NCBI GenBank assembly: GCA_026625185.1
Contig: CP113000.1
Location: forward strand, 1 to 32,000
Source of the DNA: Thermodesulfobacteriota bacterium
GTDB taxonomy: Bacteria > Desulfobacterota > WTBG01 > JAGOGO01
Reading direction: 5' to 3'
DNA length: 32,000 nucleotides
The notes beneath the pieces were generated by a model, which saw only the letters and a list, made by a program, of their open reading frames with translations, searched no databases and had not been told where the DNA came from. A program made the position numbers and the translations under genes. Below, in pieces: positions 1 to 8,198 of the stretch. Position 1 is the first letter of the stretch, and every line of letters starts with the position of its first letter.

Positions 1-789
1 GATGAGAACCGAAAAAAGGTTGAAGAAGGACTTAGAGGAGTTTCAATTGGTTCTTGAAAAATCTCCTGATCCTATCCTCATTTTAAAAGCAGATCAGAGG
101 AGTTAATAATGTGTGAAAAAAAATGATGGGGGGAAAGGGAAGAATTTTTTGGCAAAAGCATCGGGGAAAAATCCCCTGAATCTTAGGAAGGTGATATTTT
201 TCCCCGAAAAATGTCCGAAGAAAAAATATCAGCAGCATCAGCGGGTAGTTCTCAACTATTAACTTGCCACTTCCTTGCCAAAAATGGATCACTAATAAAA
301 ACCAAAGTAAACCTTACCGCAATATATTATCAGGGAATGCCTTCACTCATACAAGAGATAGTCAGGGAAAAAAGATAGAATGGCTCCACCGCGGGTGCTT
401 CAAAAAAAAATGGAATTAAAAGAAAAAAGAAGGAAAAAGTAGATTTTTGAAGCTTTCTCTTTTTCTTTGGTCTCCCTAAAGTCTGTTGAAAATGAGACTA
501 ACCAATGAAAAGGTAGCTCTTTTTTAGACATTGTTTTTCTCCTTTGTCTGTGTAGCACTCTACCGCACCTCTCATTAATAGTTATTGGCTTTTCGATAGT
601 TATCAATTGTGCAATTCTTTGCTTTTCAAACGTGAAAATCTCTCGTAAATCAACTTTGACAGAATTTTGCTTTTGACTAATATTCAGAAAGTAATTTTTG
701 CAGTGGGAAGAAAGATCGCGAGGAAGGAGTCGTAAGGTTAAAATAGTTAAAATACCTTTTTAACCTAACCCAAGGAGGAGATAAGGGGA

Positions 790-2136
790 ATGGAAATTCA
801 AGTATGGAACCTTTTCAGTGAAGCACTGAAAAAAAGAGTCGGCATTGCTTCATTCAATCGTTGGTTATCCCAGCTCAAGCCAGTAAAACACCACGCAAAT
901 AAATTAGTCTTAGTTTGTCCGAATAAATTTGTCCTCGATTGGGTCAAACTAAATTATCATAATGATCTCATCACCGCCTTTCACCAGGTAACCGGGGAAG
1001 AAGTGTTGGTGGATTTTATTGCCCACTCCGACAATAATGGGAATGGGAACAATAAAGAGACCCCCTCTCCTTCTCAGTTAACGCTCCCTGGTACCGAACG
1101 CTATTTTACTGGGCTTCCTTTTATCAATCGGGAGTATACATTCCAGAACTTTATTGTAGGACCAGGCAACCAGCTTGCTTATGCTTCTGCCTTGGCCGTC
1201 ACTGATAAAGAACCCCGACTCTATAATCCCCTTTTCTTTTATTCCCCGGAAGGGTTGGGAAAGACCCACCTTTCCAGTGCGGTGGGACAAAAAATTTATT
1301 CCACTCATCCTGACGTAAAGGTATTTTACACAACGGCCGAATGGTTTACCCACGAAATGATTCAGGCGCTTCGTAAAAATAATATCCTGGAGTTCAAAGA
1401 AAAATATCGAAAGTACTGTGATGTGTTAGTCATCGAAGATATCCAATTTTTTAAAAAAAAGGAAAAGACCCAGGAAGAAATCTTTTATACCCTCGATAGC
1501 TTGATCCAAATGGGAAAACAAGTGGTTTTGACTGCCAATGCCAATCCCCGAGAAATTAGCGACCTCAAGACAAACCTAAAATCCAGAATGGGAAGCGGTC
1601 TCGTGGTAGATATTAAACCACCGGATTATGAGACCAAAAGAAAAATAATCGCTCGAAAGTGCGAGGAAGAAAGCGCAAAGATCCCCGATGAGGTGGCTGA
1701 TTTTATCGCTCAGAGTATAAAAAGCAACATCCGGGATATAAAAAGCGCCATCATCCAACTTATTGCGAGCTCTTCCCTCTTAGGAAGATCAATAGATCTG
1801 GATTTAGCTAAGGAAACGCTCAAAGGCTTCCACCAAAATAAGTTAGTTGATGTTACCGATATTCAAAAATTCATTTCCCGACAATTTAAAGTTTCACCTG
1901 AACAGCTTAAGTCTAAGTCCCGTGCACGGACAATAAATTATCCCCGGCAAATCGCCTATTATTTCTGCCGCAAATATACCGACAGCACCTTGGCAACTAT
2001 CGGGAGTTTCTTCAACCGGAATCACTCCTCAGTCCTTCGGGCCCTCAATCAATTTGAAATATCCCTTCGCGTCAACCGGGGAGTAAAGGATGCGATTAAT
2101 TTACTCACCCAGCAATTTGAAAAAATATATTTCTAA
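790..2136 (+). CDS. dnaA: Chromosomal replication initiator protein DnaA
   Basis: 448-aa ORF. AAA+ Walker A SPEGLGKTHL, Walker B VLVIEDIQF, box VII-like RMGSGLVVDIKPPDYETK. C-terminal DnaA-box-binding HTH PRQIAYYFCRKYTDSTLATIGSFFNRNHSSVLRA. SD AAGGAGGAG about 9 nt upstream of the ATG. Confidence 0.95.
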   Translation: MEIQVWNLFSEALKKRVGIASFNRWLSQLKPVKHHANKLVLVCPNKFVLDWVKLNYHNDLITAFHQVTGEEVLVDFIAHSDNNGNGNNKETPSPSQLTLPGTERYFTGLPFINREYTFQNFIVGPGNQLAYASALAVTDKEPRLYNPLFFYSPEGLGKTHLSSAVGQKIYSTHPDVKVFYTTAEWFTHEMIQALRKNNILEFKEKYRKYCDVLVIEDIQFFKKKEKTQEEIFYTLDSLIQMGKQVVLTANANPREISDLKTNLKSRMGSGLVVDIKPPDYETKRKIIARKCEEESAKIPDEVADFIAQSIKSNIRDIKSAIIQLIASSSLLGRSIDLDLAKETLKGFHQNKLVDVTDIQKFISRQFKVSPEQLKSKSRARTINYPRQIAYYFCRKYTDSTLATIGSFFNRNHSSVLRALNQFEISLRVNRGVKDAINLLTQQFEKIYF

Positions 2137-2158
2137 TAGATCACTTAATTTAAACGAG

Positions 2159-3499
2159 CTATTTCTTCTCCTGGTTTGATTTAAGCTTTCTCCAGTTATC
2201 AAGCTGTTCTTTAATTTCTTTTTCTCGCCCCCGGTCCGTCGGGCGATAATAAATCCGGCCGCGCAATTTCTCAGGAAGATGATCCTGGTTTACAATTGCT
2301 TCGGAAAAGTTGTGGGCGTACTTGTATTCTTTCCCATATCCTAATTCCTTCATAAGCTTTGTGGGAGCGTTCCGTATGTGGAGAGGAACCGGAAGCGCCC
2401 CTTCCTTCCGCACATCTTCCTGAGCCTTTCCATAGGCGGTATAGAGAGCATTGCTTTTTGGCGCACACGCCAGATAAACAGCAACCTGCACGAGCGCCAG
2501 TTCGCCTTCCGGAGAACCCACAAATTGAAAAGTCTGAAACCCGGAAACTGCCACCTGAAGCGCCTGAGGGTCAGCATTGCCTATGTCCTCGGAAGCAAAC
2601 CTCACCATCCTCCGGGCAATATAGAGAGGGTCTTCTCCTGCGTCCAACATCCGCACCAGCCAATACAAAGCGCCATCCGGATCGCTGTCTCTCAGGCTCT
2701 TGTGAAGAGCGGAAATAAGATTGTAATGTTCTTCTCCCGATTTATCATAAAGGAGGGCTTTTTTCTGCATCGCCTCCTGAACCTGGGACACAGAAAGGGT
2801 GCGAATGTTTTTCCCATCGGGTGGAATACTGAAAACAGCAAACTCGATGGTGTTTAAAGCGGTCCGCGCATCCCCATCGGAAAAATGAGCGATATACTCC
2901 AGGGCCTCCGGGCTTATTTCCAGGTGATACCCCCCCAAACCTTTTTCTTTATCTTGGAATGCTCGCTTAAGAATGGTTACTATTTCCTCTTCACCTAAAG
3001 GATTGAGCACAAATACCTTGGTTCGGGAAAGAAGCGGAGAAATCACCTCAAAGGAAGGATTTTCGGTGGTCGCGCCGATTAAGATTATTGTGCCTTCCTC
3101 AATGTGCGGGAGAAAAGCGTCCTGCTGAGCTTTGTTGAACCGATGAATTTCATCAACAAACAGAATGGTCTTTTGCTTATTATAACTCCATTGGCGGCGT
3201 GCTTCAGCGATCACTTCCTTGATCTCTTTCACCCCTGAGGTAACGGCGCTAAAAGAAACAAAATATTCTCCGGTGAGCTGAGCAATGAGGTGAGCCAAGG
3301 TGGTTTTGCCGGACCCGGGAGGCCCCCACAAAATCATGGAAGGGATCTGCTTCGCCAGGATAGCCTGCCGTAAAATCCGGCCTTCTCCCAGAAGATGCTC
3401 CTGACCCACAAATTCATCCAAAGTTCGAGGCCGCATCCGGTCAGCTAAAGGTGCGGATATTTTTTTATCCACCGGGGGATGGGGAGAAAAAAGATCCAT
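2159..3499 (-). CDS. rarA: Replication-associated recombination protein A (RarA/MgsA AAA+ ATPase)
   Basis: 446-aa ORF. N-terminal LADRMRPRTLDEFVGQEHLLG, Walker A GPPGSGKTTLA, Walker B ILFVDEIHRFNK, C-terminal MgsA-type helical domain (DPDGALYWLVRMLDAGEDPLYIARR). Confidence 0.93.
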   Translation of the reverse strand: MDLFSPHPPVDKKISAPLADRMRPRTLDEFVGQEHLLGEGRILRQAILAKQIPSMILWGPPGSGKTTLAHLIAQLTGEYFVSFSAVTSGVKEIKEVIAEARRQWSYNKQKTILFVDEIHRFNKAQQDAFLPHIEEGTIILIGATTENPSFEVISPLLSRTKVFVLNPLGEEEIVTILKRAFQDKEKGLGGYHLEISPEALEYIAHFSDGDARTALNTIEFAVFSIPPDGKNIRTLSVSQVQEAMQKKALLYDKSGEEHYNLISALHKSLRDSDPDGALYWLVRMLDAGEDPLYIARRMVRFASEDIGNADPQALQVAVSGFQTFQFVGSPEGELALVQVAVYLACAPKSNALYTAYGKAQEDVRKEGALPVPLHIRNAPTKLMKELGYGKEYKYAHNFSEAIVNQDHLPEKLRGRIYYRPTDRGREKEIKEQLDNWRKLKSNQEKK

Positions 3500-3534
3500 A
3501 GAGATGCCAAAAAAAGATGGGTAAAATTACTTTC

Positions 3535-3563
3535 ATAATATTCTTGGGTTGCTTCATTGTCAA
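3535..3563 (-). promoter_or_regulatory. Candidate sigma70-type promoter for rarA
   Basis: On the minus strand: TTGACA (3563-3558), a 17-nt spacer, then TATTAT (3540-3535), about 35 nt upstream of the rarA ATG. Confidence 0.5.
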
Positions 3564-3596
3564 GGACCTATCTTATTTCTGAATAGGTTCTTGACA
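3558..3596. repeat. 14-bp inverted repeat, each arm carrying a TTGACA hexamer
   Basis: TGTCAAGGACCTAT (3558-3571) and ATAGGTTCTTGACA (3583-3596) are reverse complements at 13 of 14 positions, with an 11-nt spacer. Confidence 0.7.
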
Positions 3597-3747
3597 GTAT
3601 CGAATAACAATAACACCCCTGCGGGACTTCGCAAATTTTATCACCAGCATACCATTGCTTCCCTTTCCGGCAGGCTCTACCATAAAATTTATTTAAAATC
3701 ACGTTACCGAACAATATGTTTGTTATCCAAGCGTTTATCAGTTACTG

Positions 3748-3776
3748 TTGACAATCTCTCTCAATTTGAATAGGCT
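3748..3776 (+). promoter_or_regulatory. Weak candidate promoter for the radical-SAM gene
   Basis: TTGACA (3748-3753), 17-nt spacer, TAGGCT (3771-3776). The -10 is poor. Confidence 0.3.
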
Positions 3777-3830
3777 TATTTTTCCGTTATGTTAAAGGTT
3801 ATGGATTTTTTTTGATTAAGGAAGTCGGTC

Positions 3831-4838
3831 GTGAATAAGCATACCAAAGACAGAAAACACACTTTTGAACCAGGCTACCAGAAACTTTTACACTCGGGCG
3901 AACTTTCTCTTCGGATTACTCATGCCTATGAGCTCCTCTCCTGCTGCACCTTATGTCCCCGTCATTGCCAAGCCAACCGACTGAAAGGTGAAAAGGGTTT
4001 CTGCGGAGGCGGAAACACTCTGGAGATTGCTCATTATGGCCCTCACTTTGGAGAAGAACCGCCCTTAACCGGAGAAAAGGGCGCGGGTGCCATTTTTTTT
4101 ACCCACTGCAACCTTAAATGCTGCTTCTGCCAAAACCATCACCTCAGTCACGAAGGACTCGGGTACCCCATTAGCGAAGAAAAACTAGGAGAAATTATGC
4201 TTCATCTCCAAGCGCTCGGCTGTCACAATATTGATTTGGTAACCCCTTCCCATTTTCTTCCTTTTATTCTGAAGGCGCTATCCTTAGCAGCTACCCAGGG
4301 GCTTCGGATTCCGGTGGTTTATAACTCCAGTGGCTTCGAGTCCCCCGATACCTTGAAGCTCCTTGACGGAATAATAGATATTTATCTCCCGGATTGGAAA
4401 TATGCTGAAGAAGCTTTAGGTGAGGAATATTCTCAAGCACCGGATTACCCTTCGGTCTGTCAAGCGGCAGTAAAAGAAATGTATCGCCAGGTGGGAGAGA
4501 TGATGGTCGATGACCAGGAGATCGCTCTGCGGGGTCTGATCATCCGGCACCTGGTTCTGCCCGGCCACCTTACCAACAGTGAAAAGGTCCTCGCGCTTAT
4601 CCGTACGGCTTTTCCCCGTTCAATTCGCGTAAGCCTTATGTCTCAATACGCACCCCGGTTTCGCGCGCACGAACAATCCCTGATCAACCGCCCCCTTAAT
4701 CGAGAAGAATATCAGAAAATAAGAAAGGTGATGGAAGGACTGGAGTTCGAGGAATACTGGATCCAGAAGTTGGAAAGTCAGGAAGTATTTTTTCCTGATT
4801 TCAAAAGCACGAACCCCTTCTCCCTTCCCAAGGTCTGA
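3831..4838 (+). CDS. Radical SAM protein, PflX-like (putative glycyl-radical/pyruvate formate-lyase activase family)
   Basis: 335-aa ORF with a GTG start and SD AAGGAAG 6 nt upstream. CxxxCxxC radical-SAM cluster motif CNLKCCFCQN. N-terminal Cys-rich CTLCPRHCQANRLKGEKGFCG, typical of COG1313-type proteins. Confidence 0.8.
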   Translation: MNKHTKDRKHTFEPGYQKLLHSGELSLRITHAYELLSCCTLCPRHCQANRLKGEKGFCGGGNTLEIAHYGPHFGEEPPLTGEKGAGAIFFTHCNLKCCFCQNHHLSHEGLGYPISEEKLGEIMLHLQALGCHNIDLVTPSHFLPFILKALSLAATQGLRIPVVYNSSGFESPDTLKLLDGIIDIYLPDWKYAEEALGEEYSQAPDYPSVCQAAVKEMYRQVGEMMVDDQEIALRGLIIRHLVLPGHLTNSEKVLALIRTAFPRSIRVSLMSQYAPRFRAHEQSLINRPLNREEYQKIRKVMEGLEFEEYWIQKLESQEVFFPDFKSTNPFSLPKV

Positions 4839-4882
4839 ACATATCTTCTGCGTAATTTTGCCATTCCGTAGCCTTCGCTATT

Positions 4883-5007
4883 GTCATTCCGGGCTTGACC
4901 CGGAATCCAGGGGGCAGGTAAGAAGCAACTCACTCTCATCGCTTCATGAGCCACCCCTCTGGATTCCCGCTGGAGTTTATCCTCGCGAAGGCGGGGACGG
5001 GAATGAC
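4883..5007. repeat. GC-rich compound palindromic (REP-like) intergenic element
   Basis: GTCATTCCGGGCTTGACCCGGAATCCAGGGG (4883-4913) faces CCCCTCTGGATTCCCGC...GGGAATGAC (4954-5007) in inverted orientation. The left arm is itself a hairpin (TTCCGGG/CCCGGAA). The overlapping 84-aa ORF is probably a translation artefact. Confidence 0.7.
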
Positions 5008-5061
5008 GTTAAGGGTCGAATAGCTTCCCCAAGTCTAACCACTCGGTCAGGAAGTAAGTTC

Positions 5062-5090
5062 TTGACATATCTGAGCAATAATATTAATTA
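5062..5090 (+). promoter_or_regulatory. Candidate sigma70-type promoter for the GerMN/EF-G operon
   Basis: TTGACA (5062-5067), 17-nt spacer, TAATTA (5085-5090). Confidence 0.4.
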
Positions 5091-5167
5091 TCAATGTAAC
5101 GATGTAACGTGAAACACTTACTTTTTCTGGAATGATGGTTTTAATCTATTGATTTAAGTTTCATTCG

Positions 5168-5779
5168 TTGAGCGCTATGGCTAAAAAATTTAAAAGGCAA
5201 TCACAAGAAAACGTGGTGATGCGGTGTATAATCTTCCTTTCTCTGGTGGGATTAATTGCTGCCTCAATCTATTTACTGAAACACCCTGAAATCTTAACGA
5301 AGCACGCCGGTAAAAAAGTAGTGCAACCCGCCCCGGTCATGAAGGAAAAACGGTTTTCCATAAAACTTTATTTCGCTGACACGCAGAGTGACTATCTCAT
5401 CGGGGAATCACGAAGCGTCATTTTTCAGGAGGGCGATACTGCCGGTAACGTAAAAAAAATTATTGAAGAACTCATTAAGGGACCGAAAACCAACCTTATT
5501 CAAACGATGCCTCGCGGCACAGCGCTTCAAGGGATAGCGCTCAAAGGCACGACGCTGGTGGTCCTTGATTTCAGTCCCGAGCTAGCGCGCAACCATCCTG
5601 GAGGAAGTCTGGCTGAGATGCAAACGATTTATTCCATTGTCAATTCGATCTTACTTACTACTCCCTCGCTTAAAGAACTCCAGATATTAGTGGATGGACA
5701 ATCTCGGGAGACCCTTAAAGGGCATATTGATCTCCGTGCTCCTTTAAAAGCGAACCTTTCCCTTATCAAAAAGGGGTAA
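5168..5779 (+). CDS. GerMN domain-containing membrane-anchored protein
   Basis: 203-aa ORF (TTG at 5168, alternative ATG at 5177). One N-terminal TM helix (CIIFLSLVGLIAASIYLL). The C-terminal part matches the GerMN pattern (LYFADTQSDYLIGESR...ELIKGPK...LDFS...QTIYSIVNS...ILVDGQ...GHIDL). Confidence 0.7.
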   Translation: MSAMAKKFKRQSQENVVMRCIIFLSLVGLIAASIYLLKHPEILTKHAGKKVVQPAPVMKEKRFSIKLYFADTQSDYLIGESRSVIFQEGDTAGNVKKIIEELIKGPKTNLIQTMPRGTALQGIALKGTTLVVLDFSPELARNHPGGSLAEMQTIYSIVNSILLTTPSLKELQILVDGQSRETLKGHIDLRAPLKANLSLIKKG

Positions 5780-5782
5780 ATT

Positions 5783-7822
5783 GTGGCTAAGAAAAACAGG
5801 TTGGAAAAAATTCGCAACATCGGGATCATCGCTCACATTGACGCGGGGAAGACCACGGTTACCGAAAGGATTCTCTTTTATACCGGAGAATCTCACAAGA
5901 TGGGAGAAGTTCATGATGGTCAGGCAATCATGGACTACCTGGTACAAGAGCAGGAAAGAGGGATTACCATAACCTCAGCCGCCACCACCTGCATGTGGCT
6001 CGATCATGAAATCCATATTATCGACACTCCGGGTCATGTCGATTTTACCATCGAAGTGGAACGGTCCCTGAGAGTTCTTGATGGCGCTATCGTTGTTTTT
6101 TGCGCGGTCGGAGGCGTGGAACCCCAGTCTGAAACCGTCTGGCATCAGGCAGATAAATACCGGGTCCCGCGCATCGCTTTTATTAATAAGATGGACCGGA
6201 TCGGCGCCGACTTCCTGGGAACCATTCAGCAGATGCGCGATAAACTGGGCGTTTTCCCTCTTCTTCTCCAGCTTCCTTTGGGGGAAGAGGTGAAGTTTCA
6301 TGGCGTCATCGACCTCATTACCAATCAAGCGATCATCTGGCATGACAATACCTTAGGATCAACCTATTCCAGCGAGCCGATTCCGAATGAAAAAAAGGAA
6401 GAAGCAGCTCACTATCGCGACCTTCTCCTGGAAAAGGTTGCTGAAAATGATGAGCGCCTTCTGGAAAAATATCTGGGGGGAGAAGAAATTTCTCCTGAAG
6501 AAATACGTCAGGAAATAAGAAAACTCACTTTGAGCATGAAAGCCATTCCGGTCCTGTGCGGAACCGCCCTAAGGAATAAAGGTGTCCAGCCGATTCTCGA
6601 TGCCGTGGTCCATTACTTTCCTTCACCCGCCGACATACCGGCGGTAACCGGGGTAAACCCAAAAACCGGGGAGGAGGAACAAAGGCCCAGCAACGACGAT
6701 GCCCCCCTTTCTGCCCTGGCTTTTAAAATTTTAACGGACGAAGAAAAACGGAAACTCACCTTTATAAGGGTTTATTCCGGAAAACTCACGGCCGAATCAG
6801 AAGTATATAATGCCAGCAAAAACAAAAGGGAGCGGATTGCCCGTATTTTCCGGATGCACGCGAACAAACGAGAACGGATCAAGGAAGCAAAAACCGGAGA
6901 TATTGTGGGTGTGGTTGGTCTGAAAGATACCTTTACCGGAGACACCCTCAGTGACCAGGGGCACCCCATCGTTCTTGAACCCATTGATGTTTACCGACCG
7001 GTTATGTCAATCGCAATCGAGCCCAAGACTCGTGATGATGTGGAAAAACTGGAAAGCGCATTAGCGAAATTAGTGGATGAGGATCCCACGTTTACGGTGA
7101 AGCACGACGAGGATTCCGCGCAAACGATTATTTCCGGTATGGGAGAACTCCACCTGGATGTTCTGGTAACGCGCCTCTTACAAGACTTCAGCATCAATGT
7201 GAATGTCGGCAAACCCCAGGTTGTCTACCGGGAGACCATTGCCGAGGTATTTGAGATAGAAAGCAAATTTGAAAAAGAGCTTGGCGGCGCCTTTCAGTTT
7301 GGCCAGCTCAAACTGAGACTCGAGCCTTTAAAACGAGGTGAAGGCACCAAGTTTATCAACAAACTGCCTGAAAACAAAATCCCTTTTCAATTTCTTGGGC
7401 CAATTGAAGATGGAGTTAACGAAGCCTTACTGAGCGGCGTCATCGCCGGTTACCCGATCGTTGATATCAAAATAACATTGATTGACGGCACCTATCGTGA
7501 GGGAGCATCCAGCGAGATGGGATATAAAATCGCCGCGTCCATGGGAGTCAAGGAAGGCTGCGAAAAAGCCGGGGCAGTTCTGTTAGAACCGTTTATGTCC
7601 ATCGAGGTGGTTACGCCCGAAGACTTTATGGGCGAAGTAATCAGTGACTTAAGCGCTCGTAAAGGCAAGCTTGGAAATATCAGCCCCAAAGGGAAGGTTT
7701 CCCTTATTAAAGCGCTGGTCCCCTTAAAAAAAATGTTCGGTTATTCCACCAGCCTTCGCTCCGCCACCCAGGGAAGGGGAACCTTCACCATGCATTTTGC
7801 CCGCTACGACCGGGCGGTATAA
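5783..7822 (+). CDS. fusA: Elongation factor G paralogue (EF-G family translational GTPase)
   Basis: 679-aa ORF with a GTG start and AAGGGG SD 6 nt upstream. G1 [24 protein letters not shown]3 DTPGHVDF, G4 NKMD. EF-G domains III-V are recognisable. The gene is not in an rpsL-rpsG-fusA-tuf context. Confidence 0.9.
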   Translation: MAKKNRLEKIRNIGIIAHIDAGKTTVTERILFYTGESHKMGEVHDGQAIMDYLVQEQERGITITSAATTCMWLDHEIHIIDTPGHVDFTIEVERSLRVLDGAIVVFCAVGGVEPQSETVWHQADKYRVPRIAFINKMDRIGADFLGTIQQMRDKLGVFPLLLQLPLGEEVKFHGVIDLITNQAIIWHDNTLGSTYSSEPIPNEKKEEAAHYRDLLLEKVAENDERLLEKYLGGEEISPEEIRQEIRKLTLSMKAIPVLCGTALRNKGVQPILDAVVHYFPSPADIPAVTGVNPKTGEEEQRPSNDDAPLSALAFKILTDEEKRKLTFIRVYSGKLTAESEVYNASKNKRERIARIFRMHANKRERIKEAKTGDIVGVVGLKDTFTGDTLSDQGHPIVLEPIDVYRPVMSIAIEPKTRDDVEKLESALAKLVDEDPTFTVKHDEDSAQTIISGMGELHLDVLVTRLLQDFSINVNVGKPQVVYRETIAEVFEIESKFEKELGGAFQFGQLKLRLEPLKRGEGTKFINKLPENKIPFQFLGPIEDGVNEALLSGVIAGYPIVDIKITLIDGTYREGASSEMGYKIAASMGVKEGCEKAGAVLLEPFMSIEVVTPEDFMGEVISDLSARKGKLGNISPKGKVSLIKALVPLKKMFGYSTSLRSATQGRGTFTMHFARYDRAV

Positions 7823-7959
7823 ACCTTAATGAGAAATCAGAACGGTTCTCTCAAATTAGCTTTTATTTTCAGTTTATTAGGAGATATTTAGTGAGAATAT
7901 TACTAACCGTATAGCGGTTGGAACGAAGGGGAAAGTGATATCTTCTTAACAATAAAGGC

Positions 7960-7987
7960 TTGCATAATGAAATAAAAGGTGTAAATT
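7960..7987 (+). promoter_or_regulatory. Candidate promoter for the DEAD-box helicase (implies a leader of about 200 nt)
   Basis: TTGCAT (7960-7965), 16-nt spacer, TAAATT (7982-7987), in an AT-rich patch. Confidence 0.3.
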
Positions 7988-8039
7988 ATATTTTATATTT
8001 TACGTCTGGTTTACCACGCTGATACTGACAGCCCCCCCT

Positions 8040-8117
8040 CTCGTCGCGCCCTGTTACCCAACGTTCCCCAGATAATCTAAGATCATTGTTGGAGAAGGTG
8101 GTCCTCGTCGCGCCCTG
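8040..8117 (+). repeat. 14-nt direct repeat in the helicase leader
   Basis: CTCGTCGCGCCCTG occurs at 8040-8053 and again at 8104-8117, with the two copy starts 64 nt apart. Confidence 0.8.
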
Positions 8118-8167
8118 AGTCTCCGGTTGTAAGGCAGCGCGTGTTCCCGGCTATTGTCCATTTAATT

Positions 8168-8194
8168 AATCTCTGCCAAAGCGGAGAGGAGATT
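8168..8194 (+). promoter_or_regulatory. Hairpin sequestering the helicase Shine-Dalgarno sequence
   Basis: CTCTGC (8171-8176), loop CAAA, then GCGGAG (8181-8186): 6 bp including one G-U. Alternatively AATCTC (8168-8173) pairs with GAGATT (8189-8194). Both pairings occupy the GGAGAGGAG SD located 7 nt upstream of the GTG at 8199. Confidence 0.4.
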
Positions 8195-8198
8195 CACG

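Noticed and set aside
2-106. Possible 3' end of a plus-strand gene (…KRLKKDLEEFQLVLEKSPDPILILKADQRS*)
   Set aside because: Only 34 codons are visible and there is nothing recognisable, so it cannot be supported as a feature.
83-606. 69-aa and 68-aa minus-strand ORFs upstream of dnaA
   Set aside because: They are low-complexity Phe/Leu/Lys-rich translations of A/T and purine tracts, with no SD. They are more likely non-coding.
107-789. Calling this region oriC
   Set aside because: Its position next to dnaA is suggestive, but I found no 9-mer closer than 6 of 9 to TTATCCACA and no clear 13-mer-type DUE. It is kept as an open question in the findings rather than as a feature.
2359-2857. 119-aa and 159-aa ORFs antisense to rarA
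   Set aside because: They are embedded in a clearly recognisable AAA+ gene, and their translations are Pro/Arg-rich nonsense.
3549-3773. 74-aa TTG-initiated ORF between rarA and the radical-SAM gene
   Set aside because: It has no SD, spans promoter-like elements and the inverted repeat, and its sequence is unremarkable.
4858-5112. 84-aa ORF (…CHSGLDPESR…WIPAGVYPREGGDGNDV…)
   Set aside because: It is read across the palindromic repeat at 4883-5007. Peptides of this kind are classic artefacts of translating GC-rich intergenic repeats.
5783-7822. Tet(M)/Tet(O)-type ribosomal protection protein instead of EF-G
   Set aside because: The switch region [14 protein letters not shown], the domain IV region and the overall length fit EF-G better than the ~640-aa RPPs. 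No resistance-element context is present.
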